From the NCBI GenBank assembly GCA_003971905.1, contig RSEE01000002.1, positions 682,001 to 746,000 of the forward strand: 64,000 nt of DNA, in the 5' to 3' direction. This DNA comes from Moniliella sp. 'wahieum'. Taxonomy: Eukaryota. Positions 54,336 through 64,000 of this stretch are shown here, piece by piece (the stretch's first letter is position 1; every line of letters begins with the position of its first letter). Both the position numbers and the translations under genes were made by a program. The notes below the pieces were generated by a model that had not been told where the DNA came from, ran no database searches, and saw only the letters and a program-made list of their open reading frames with translations.

Positions 54336-57300
54336 ACAGCAGGCACAAAAGCGTCAGCTTCACATAGCTTTCACATCATCTCCACAGGACTCTCGGAATG
54401 ATGGCCGATGATGAGAGAGATGTGCGAAGAACCACACAACATGGCGAAACAAATCAAGGGGATGTGGACCAACCGAGGCAAAGAGTGTACCGACTCCTGT
54501 GACGCAGAATCTCTTCCGACGTCACCAAGGAGACGGGAGCTAGGCTGTGAGGGGCCATTCACCTAAAAGCGCTCGGTTATGGAGAGGGGTTGATGAGAGT
54601 GGTGGAACGTGGTGAAGAGATGCGACGTGAGATGTGAGAGGTCGCAAACACAGGATGTGGGAAGGGAGACCTCGAGCGGCCTCGACGATGGAGCAAGTCG
54701 GCGAGAAGGGCCGAAGGAACTTACCAGATATACGAGCCCCACACGACTGACCACTGAATGTCTCGTCTCGTTTGTTTGGGTAGTCGCTGCGGGGGGGGGA
54801 TATCTTAGAGCGTCGCCAAGCAACCAATACATATATCACAACCCAGCTTAGAGAGCTTTTTCCTTGCTGTGGGAACAGAGGATCGGGTAAAGAGGGATCG
54901 ATCCGTACTCAGTCGGAAATAATCATGCGTGCCATGCACATCCACCCTGTCATGCTCCGAAATCAGAAAGGTATAATGGGAGCTGTCACACTGCAAGCCC
55001 TTTTGAAGGGTGGGGTTGGGGCTGATCCATCCACTGTAAAAGGAGACGAGGTAATGAGGGACGGTGGGGTGCATAGTAAAAGTGTATATACATCTAGTTG
55101 GGACCATGCGCCACATATGAGTCATGAGATGGCCCTCAGTGGACGCATCCTGCAACGTTGTCTGAGCTCGGAACTCTTCGAACTCCTTTGACCGTACCTT
55201 GCATAACTAAGGCAGACAGCCATGACACCTTTCTGAAAGGCATGCGCCCTCAGTCCAATAATCAAGGCGGAGACAGACCTGGCCAGGCTCTATCGCTAGG
55301 GTAGAAACGAGCCCCTGCTATAGCTCCTCGAACGAAGAGGAGAGAGATTATGCTGCAGCGCATCATCGATCATATCATCTTCCCTTCTCTCTCCGGCATC
55401 AGACACCACATGTTGCATCTTACTTCCCGCCCACCCTGTCCGTCCTCCAAAGCCCCCCCCCACCTCTTCCACTTTTTGTACTGAGTACTCATTGTACTCA
55501 TCCCCTCAAGTTCTCCTTCCATAGACTGAGTATAAGTTACCGCCATATTCCTCGTTTTCACTTTACACTTCCTTCACTCGTATTTCACGGCACTCTTGAA
55601 CCTCTCAGATATCCTATACCTCTCACAAATAGTACCGTCCTTCCGGAATTATCGTCCCGTCATCGAACATAATTGGAAGCGAAGCGGTCTTTTGTTGCCC
55701 ATTTTGCAGATGAAAATCTTCTGAATCCCGCCAGTGGTTTCCAAACGGATGTACCACCGCGAATACGGGACATTTGGGGACGAGAGGACGGTGGGCATAT
55801 GAAGGTGATTATGACGGATGAACGTTCTTGTATAAAACAAGTATTTTCCAGTGGCAACACTTCTTTCAATTATTGCCAGTGTCGGTGGCATAACCCGCAC
55901 CCCTTGTCATCTTCATGACAACAGGGGATAGAATGAGAATGATGGGGGCGTCGTTGGGTTTTTGGCGTCTCGTTCTCGCAATCGGCCTACTGGTCGGTAT
56001 ACCTGAGGTGCAGCTCTCATTTCCCTTTTGCATTCAACAAAAGCATAGGGGTCTTCCCGTCAACATGCACCATGCACTTTTCGGGATGCACGTTTGTGCC
56101 TCATCGACCTCATCCCCTCTCGTCTCCGTATCTACTAAGGCGCGATCCACCTTCTCATCTCTGCTCCATCAAACTCCTGTGGCCCTCGGTAGTGATACTA
56201 ATATTGCAAAAATACGCTTTTGCTTATCCTCCACTGCATTTCCTATTTTTTTCCGCAGCCACAGTTCATTGAGAATGTAGGTGCCCAGCTTGGAGGGCAC
56301 AAGGCATGCTTGAGGATCGAAGGCTTCTCGTCTACCCTTTACTTTTATGGGCCGACACAGCGTCCACGTTCTCCCTATCGATATGGCAGGTTGCGCGCCT
56401 TCCCCTTTCCGGATCATTATGGAACCGTGAACTCGGGTTACACTATACCGTCTCTGGTTTTGCCATGATATATCTTCGGCATCGTTTTTTCTCAACTGCC
56501 GACTGCAGGCTATACGGGCTACGTTATCGATATTTCTGTCGTGATAGTACGGCTACGTCATCTTGGCCTCTGTTTTCATTCGACCCCCGATGTTCGAGCA
56601 ACACTTCATCATCTCTCTTCTGCTCTCGTAGATCGTATAGCTCGCATATCATGCATCACTAGTCACTATGCCCTAGTCACTCTAGTCACTTGCCACTAGT
56701 CACGATACAGTCACCACTTCGTGAACAAAATACGATATTGTCTCTACATTTTCACGTGCTGTTCTCTGCGCTGAAACAATCTTCCTCAGGCCTACATACC
56801 GTTTGTAAAAGACCAGGACCCGACTGACATTTACGCTGGAAAACCGCTTCTGTGTGTTGACGGTTGATGTTGAATGGTTGAAAGCGTTGAAGCTTTTCAA
56901 ATTGTACGGTTCGTATCCTCCGTCTGCGTATTCACATTCATGGGCTGAGGCTAGTCCAACCTTCAAGGCAACCGTGGACAAGGCAAGCGCCAGAAGCAGG
57001 AAGGGAACAGGAAGAGAGAGAACAGGAAGCTCACCTGTGCAGGGTGGGAACAGTCAGAGATAGCTTCTTGTAAGCTACTGACGCTAGTTCAACCTTCAAG
57101 CTTCAACCTTCAATGCAACAGGGAGAAGAGGAAGGAGGGAAACGAGGACGCGACGGTAACCAATCCGGGGAGCGGGTTGAGTCGCGGAACTCTATAGCCA
57201 GTTCCGCTTGCCAGCGACATGGCCGATCAAGCCATCACATGCGTCACACCAATTGGTGCCACATGCCACCACACTCCAACATCCTCGGCTGGCGCTCAGA

Positions 57301-57499
57301 TCTCAGACGTCGCCCTTTTACGAAGCCACCCCCACCTCTATACTCTTCACAAGTGTCACCAATGTAATGTCACAACTTTCAGATCCCTTCCAGCATCCCA
57401 TATGCGACTCCCAACCGAAAGCTGAGGCCTCAAGCTAGGTCTCAAGGAGGCTGCGTGGCGGGACCCATCGCTGCACTTTGGGCCAGCGTGAGTACACGG

Positions 57500-60010
57500 A
57501 GAGTACGAGAGAGTATACCTCGTACAAAACGCGATAAACGCGTAACGCGTAACGCGTAGGCGTAAAGGTGGGTATAGTAACGTTTAGAACCCCACCACAT
57601 GCACGCACCGCGTGGCGCGTGAGCTTTGCTGCCGCGATTATATGATACAGGGGACGCCCTCGGTCCAACGTAAATGCTTCGTCAAAATAGAGAAAATGGG
57701 GCGCTGTGATCTGTGTGATCGACTTGATCCTGCAAAACACTATTGGTGCATCGATAATCGATAACCGATAACGATAATCGATAAAATTTAAACCTGATCT
57801 ACCTCTGAGATCTGGATCTGATCAATCTCCAAAACCTACCCAGCTCCAAAGCTAAAACGGACATATGTTGGCGCTGGCCAGCTTCTAGCGCTAAGCTAAG
57901 GCAGGCTAAAAGGTTTAGTTGCCATGGCCTGCGATGGCGCAACGGATTCGGATTTGCTAGGTCTCCCTTCCTTCAAGCTTTTCTAGCTTCCTTCAAGTAT
58001 TAATGCTTCAGGCTTCAGGCTGAGTGAAGCTAGTGAAGCTTCAGATCAGGCCTGAGCCTCAGGACTCAGGAGCCTGAAGATTTTGGACTGATCCGGGGCT
58101 CAGCCTGAGCGCCCTGAGCGCCCTGAGAGCCCTCAGGCTGAGGGCCTGTGGCCCGAGGCCTGTGCATGTGAGTTCTGAAGAGGGCTTGAAACGTATCAAG
58201 CATCCAATGCTTCACCGTGAACGCGTGACGCGTGAAGCTTGAAGCTTGAAGCTTGAAGCTTCTGGGATCTGAAGCTCTGAAGCTTGAAGCCTGAAAACGA
58301 TATATAGAACAGCAGTCTTTGATGGCCTGGGTCTGGACGGCTCAGTCGCAATAGTCACTCACTAGTCAGCGCTGAACGTTTGTGGCCTGTGCGCGTTGTT
58401 AAACGTCAAGGGCTGAGCAAGGGTTGGGTGGGGCAAGGCTGGGCAAGGCAGAGAAGGCGGGGCAAGCGCTTAGGCTAAGCGCTAAGCTTAGCGCTAATAC
58501 CCCACCGGCGAGGCTTGATCAGCCGGCCGGTGCATTGTCTCGGTGGGTCTGAGAAGATGATGATCGTTCAACGTGTGCAATTAAAGACCCATGTAGTTGA
58601 GCGCCATTTGCCATCCTTCACATGTCACAGGGGGCTCTGGCGTTCTGGCGCGTTGTGGCGCTCAGCCTCTGCGCCTTGGCGCTCAGGTTATCCGGCTAGT
58701 TATCGATTATCGGGTACCGGTTTAGCTTTAAGGCCGGGAGGGTGTGGACGTGTTTAGCCCAAGGTGCTAGTATACGTATCAAGTTGAAGCTTGAAGCATC
58801 AAGCATCATGCATGAAGCATCAAGCATCAAGCTTCAAGCTTCAAGCTTCAAGCGCTTCAAGCGTCCTTCACGCATCATGCATTGCAAATCCAGGAGCGGG
58901 AAAGAGCGGCACGTGTGCGAAATATAGGAGAGGGGTGGCCTGCTGTGCATGTGACCGGTGACTGGTGACTGACCAAGCGCTTTTTACAGGTGCTTGGTTC
59001 CGGCCAAGCCGCACCGACAGCCACACCCATCGGATCCTGACTATTAGTTAACGACTCTGATTAGCTAATGGCATGTGATTAATATTTAATAGTTAAAATT
59101 GATTAATGATCGATGATCGGTGACCGATGATCGATGACTGTCGCATGTCGCATGCCATATATCATGCATCATGTGCATCATGCATCATGTCGATTTGATA
59201 CATGCCGTACATCTTCATGTCACTCATGTCACGATGTCACTCGAGCGAGGCCTGAGGCCTGAGGCCTGAGGAGGGGTACGCGAGACTCAGTACTTGGTCG
59301 TACTTCTCCTTACTTGCCCTGTTCGGGATATAAGTCGTACTACGGATACGGGTTCTCGGGCTCAACCGTGAGGCTGAGCCTCAGCGCCAGCGCTCATCCT
59401 GGGCATAGGGGTGAGGCTCACCGCACCAGCGCTTAGCTCTTAGATTTACAGGGGTGGTGGTCTGGTCGACATCCCCGTCTCAGATCCATGCTTGTGCTCA
59501 GTACTCGTACTCGTGTCGCCGAGCAAGTGACAGCAGTACCCACAGCGCCCAGGCGCACGATCTAGAGCAAGCCAGAGAGAGGGCTAGGCCAGGCTGGGCC
59601 AGGCTGGGCCCCAGCGATTCCCCGAGTCCCGCACCCGCCAACATGGGCGGCGTGTACCACGTACCCACAGTCTACGTACCCTGGCCGTGCACGCCTGCCC
59701 CACGAGCACCCTGGCCTGCTCGATCACATTTCACGACCAGCATCGATCACCTGTCTCACACATGCCACATAGCAGCCGCCATGCAGTACTGCGTAATGCT
59801 TCCGGGCATGTCCTCCGCGACGCTGGCCAGCACCCAGGGGGCTTGGCGCGAAGAGGAGCCCAGGCGCCGCGTCGAACGCCGATGCGCTCGCTGCATCGGT
59901 CGGTGCCGCCGTTGGCAACTGTGGGACCGTAGCGCCAACCTGTTACCGGTTACCAGCGGTTACGCGCGCTCAGCCTTGCGCTCAAGCGCTCAAGCTTCAA
60001 GCTTCTAGCT
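57500..60010. repeat. Largest cluster of 7-bp-period palindromic microrepeats (A-N4-T-N)n
   Basis: Examples: ACGCGT-A x3 (57538), ACGCGT-G x2 then AAGCTT x4 (58221-58261), ACTAGT-C-AGCGCT-G-AACGTT (58361), AGGCCT-G x3 (59248). Confidence 0.9.
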
Positions 60011-60645
60011 CCCAGCCTGCTCCAGCCCGAGGCTCAAGTCCCCAGCCAGGCTTGGACTTCGGCGTTAAGCTTGGGGTCGGACCGGGATCAGTACCAGTGC
60101 CGCCTCTCCGGCTGTTGGGTGAGCGTGGCTCGTGTGCTTCGCGCTGACCATCCTCTTCTTAATCATTGCCTTCCAGCCTACCTCACGCCTCACCTGTCTG
60201 TGCAGCTATCCTTGCCACCACCACCACCCCTCTCGCCCTCCAGAGCACCTCTCCTGTCTCTCCGCCAGTGGCACACTCCCTCGCCACAATGCTGTCCACC
60301 ATCACCAACGCCCTCCAGCAGCCCCTCTTCCTCTGGCTCCTATGCTGCTGCCCCTGCCATCACCGCCCCTCACGGGCTTGTCCGCTGCCGTTGACTTCAT
60401 GCTCCCACCTCGCTCTGCGCCTCCCCCAATGAGCAGCTCAGCCCCCACCGCCTTCTGCCAGCACCAACACCAACAGCTTTTTTGACTTGGCTCCATTGGA
60501 TCTGCCCAGCTACCCCCCCTTGCAATCCTCGGCCAATGCTACCCCCCTCTGACCCACCTCCGCCCACATTGCCGGCCCCAACAGGCCCCACTACCACCGC
60601 ATCCCCTCCACTTCCCAGACCCAGACCCAGACCCACACCACCACT

Positions 60646-62001
60646 ATGTTTGGCACCCTCTCCCCAACGGACCCGGGATCTACTGGCTGCGAACCCGCTC
60701 CTGCCCTAAAGCACAGCGAGCCCGATTCGTTAGGTACGCCTCCCGATCCTGCTGTTGTTGCTGCTTTGGCCCCACGTACGGCCGAGTACAACAACCTCTC
60801 CGCCCCTCAACCGTCCTCTACTACCGCGCCCGCCTCCGCCCTTCGGACCCATCCGGAGCCGGTGTCGATGACAACAATCTGGGCGAGCTGGGTGGAGCAG
60901 AGGGGGACCGCAAGACACGATTTGTGTTCAAGCTGCATCGGATGGTCGAAGATCCTGAATGCCAAGATACCATTGCCTGGAGCCCGACAGGAAACAGTGT
61001 GATCATCTCGGATGTGGACGCATTTTGTGCCAGCGTGTTGGGCAAACACTTTAAGCACAACAATTTCAGTTCCTTTATCCGTCAACTCAATATGTTCGTC
61101 TCTGTCTCCAACTAATTCCCTTTTGTTTGAGAATGCAGTACTGACTTGGGGCTTCTCTCCAGGTATGGATTCTACAAGGTCAACAAAACCCACCGTGCTG
61201 CGCGGGCGTCTGGTCAGCCGCAGGCATGGGAGTTTAGCCATGCCTCCTTCGCCGCCGCGGACGGATTTGCTCGAAACGATTCGCCGACGGACGTTGGACA
61301 CGGAGAGTGTGCGGTACGAGGCGACGCGGGACCTGCAAAACGACATCAGCATTTCCTATGCTTATGTGCAATCCCAATTGTCGAACGTGTCGGATGCATT
61401 GATGACGAGCAAGGCGGAGAATGCGGCGCTGTGGTCCTTTGCTTTGCAACTACACTCTACCCTCTCCCAAGTGGTGGACTGTACCAATTTGACCAATGTG
61501 GTTCATGTGCCGCCCCTGCCTGCTCATCGCGCCTCCTCGACCTTTGACACACGCGCCTCGGTCTCTGAACCACCACCAATCTTTGCGCATGCCCTCCCAC
61601 CTTTGACCCCGAGCTCTCAGCCCCAGCTGCACCCCACAATGGCCACTCATCAACGTCCCGTCACGGCTCCAAGCAGTCGCAGAGCATGCCTCATGAGACC
61701 AATATGCTCTTCAGCGCCGCCCCTCGGCGTGTCTGTGCAACAAGCGCCCACATGGGCCTATCGTGCCTCCTCAATTGACAAAGAAAGCATGCTGGCCTCG
61801 CAACCGCAACAGTTCTCTTTCCAATCGTCTGTGCGATCGCGACCCTTTGGCTCGATGCAGCCGCCTTCACACACCAACCTCTACGCTAACATGCAACTCC
61901 CCGGGGCACCAGCTGCAGTGGAGCAAGAGCGTCCGTTGAAACGAAAGGCGGCTGAGGCGGATCTCGTTCCCAACTTGGGTTTCGATCTTCTTGAAGAGTA
62001 G
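60646..62001 (+). CDS. HSF-type DNA-binding domain transcription factor
   Basis: FVFKLHRMVED...IAWSPTGNS...VLGKHFKHNNFSSFIRQLNM|YGFYKV...WEFSH, followed by a coiled coil (VQSQLSNVSDAL...ENAALW). Intron 61094-61162; the start could lie further upstream. Confidence 0.92.
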
Positions 62002-63199
62002 GAACCCCTTCCCCCCCCCCCGCCCCCCCCTTCCCCTCGCCCATCCCCTTCACGCCCCAAGCTCATTTCACACCCCGCTTTCTTTCGAATGTACAACAGC
62101 CCCCCCATAGCTCAGTTCTTCCATTGATGGTGATCCCCTACGTTGTCTGGAGGGGCCATTTTTCTAAGCCCAAGCCATTCTTTCCTACCCCTTGTCTCTC
62201 CCCTTCAACGGGGCGGAGGGAAAGGTGGAAGGCAGACCCGCATACCCTCTTGCGCCCTTGGCAGGTGCACGGCGTACAGCGCCGTATATGCCATCCATCT
62301 CGTCCCTCACCCCTATTGCTGCTCCTCTGCCTATTTGATGCGCGAGTCCCTTGCACCTTGCCCTGTGCAAAAACCGATTTCGATGGATGTTAGTCTGTTC
62401 TCTGTATCATGTATCAATGCAGCCTTTCGTCCTGACCTTTGTACGGATGGCTCCCTCCATAGTGAGGAGGTCGTCCTGTTCCGCGCCGATCAGGGTCGAT
62501 GGCTACGTCGTGGCGCATGACCTACATTACCATCCCTGTTTTCTCTGGCTACGGCGGGGGAGGGCATACTCCCTGGCAGCCGAGTGTCGTCCTTGCGTGG
62601 GATGAACTTGATGCGCGTCTCCGTCGGCCTACGTTTCCGACTGAAGGTGCCGGCTTGCTGTGCCCCCCTCTGAAGAATGGGTTACCTGGGACCGGCAAGT
62701 AGTCTCTGCCCTCGGTGCTGTCGCCATAGCATCCTTTTATCGATTATCGATCAGATCCTTCTGTTGGTGGTCGCAAGACACAGCGAACACTATGAATACG
62801 CCTGTGCCAGCTTCCCACACTTTTCATGTTGGGGTTGTAGTCTCTGTTGTATACTTTTGTTGCTCCTATAGCCTTTTGGCCAAACCCACTCGATGCAGTC
62901 AAACTCGACCGAGGTGCGCAGCAAAACCGCCGTGTGAGCGCCAAGTAGTGTTTTCTTTGATGGAGTACAGAGAGCAAGCAGACAATGGGCATCAAGTAAC
63001 GTATCGGAGTCCTGTACTCTTATTAGTAGAAGCGGCTGATGCAGATGGGGGCGAAGACACCTTCAATCGATTGTCGATGAATGATGCATGATGGTTGTCG
63101 ATGATCGATGACGTTGCATTACACACGTTACACGCTGGAAGCTGAATTGATACACGTAACGTAACGCATTAAACGTTAAACGTTAACGTCAATCCAGCG

Positions 63200-64000
63200 T
63201 TACCGGTTACCAGTTACCAATGGCGCCCTATGCTCCGGCGCCATCACTACGCACTTGGGCAGACGCACTGACATGCAGGTCACACTAGGATACCAAGAAA
63301 GCTTTGGGTCAGCATCAAGACGAGAGAGAGAGCACACACCAGAATTGAACAAACGTACCATCCCTCGAGTTTTTCAAAATCTCCAATGTCGGCAGTGTGC
63401 ACGGTCAGACCACGAGACTCCCACTTTCTTGGTTTCAGGCGCATCAGCCGACATAACCACCTCGTTGGGACCCACACCACACGACGACCGCCACACCATG
63501 CTCCTCGGGAACAGGAACGTAGTCGAGGCCCGCCTCGCGGAACACCTTCTTGGCCTCCTCATCAACGATCGGGTCAAACCCAATAATGGTGCCGTCGGGC
63601 AAAGCTGTCACAGCACTCTTGAGATGCAATGCCTTGGTGATGGGGACAGCGATGACGCGGTAGCCGCGAGGCTCGAGGAGCGCTTTCAGTCCATCCCGCC
63701 CAGCTTGGTTCGTCCGCGCCGATACACCGACAAAGACAAGCTTGCGGTCCTCTAGCTTAGGATGTCGCCTCCATCCAAAGTAGCCGGTGGGGAAAGGCGT
63801 TCGAAGGCCAAGCCAAACTGGTTTGTTATGCTTGGCCAGCAGCCGAGGAGCCAGCCACCTCGGGTTGGCGTGGGGACAGAGCCGGGACTGCACTGCATCA
63901 ACAAGCCCTTGTCCTTGCCAGCGAGGGCATGGAAAAGAAAACGAGCTGATCTTCAATGAACACGCCATCGGGAGCGTCGGTTGGAGGACATACTCCAGCT
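63200..64000 (-). CDS. Dimethylarginine dimethylaminohydrolase (DDAH, amidinotransferase fold), 5' part outside the window
   Basis: PDGVFIED, TLDGGDIL, VGVSARTN.AG, LHLKSAVTALPDG and DIGDFEKLEG|CVTCMSVRL after splicing intron 63285-63358. Catalytic Asp/His/Cys motifs are present; exact stop uncertain. Confidence 0.88.

Noticed and set aside
57500..60010. CRISPR array, or a cloning polylinker given the many restriction-site hexamers
   Set aside because: No 25-45 bp repeats with unique spacers. The hexamers are degenerate, scattered through many intergenic regions, biased to A..T sites and lack vector sequence.

Overview
GC-rich fungal nuclear DNA, most likely a basidiomycete (inferred from gene content and sparse short GT-AG introns with GTACGT/GTGCGT/GTATGT donors and CTAAC/CTGAC branch points). 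Recognisable genes in order: intron-containing tRNA-Asp(GTC), BIO3-BIO1 fusion, MATE transporter, RhoGAP, Mediator Med5, a divergent RPL5/RPL15 pair, Ime2/Crk1-type kinase, NXT1, BZZ1, SAE2/CtIP, MET17, ERV14, a CBS-domain ORF running into TAF10, COA6, an FlbA/Sst2-type RGS protein, an HSF-domain factor and a DDAH truncated by the window end. Almost every long CDS, including essential ones, is broken by small indels. I read these as assembly errors, so gene boundaries are approximate. The most unusual signal is non-coding: intergenic regions carry clusters of 7-bp-period units, each a 6-bp A-N4-T palindrome plus one spacer base, in which the palindrome changes (AAGCTT, ACGCGT, ATGCAT, ACTAGT, AGCGCT, AACGTT, ATCGAT, AGGCCT, ACCGGT, ATTAAT, AAATTT) while the phase is kept. 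Other notable points are an apparent CBS-TAF10 fusion, a SAE2/CtIP with Glu at the conserved CDK site, an S-T-Y activation loop in the Ime2 kinase, and an actinobacterial-like DDAH with an intron. All family calls come from recalled motifs; no searches were run.
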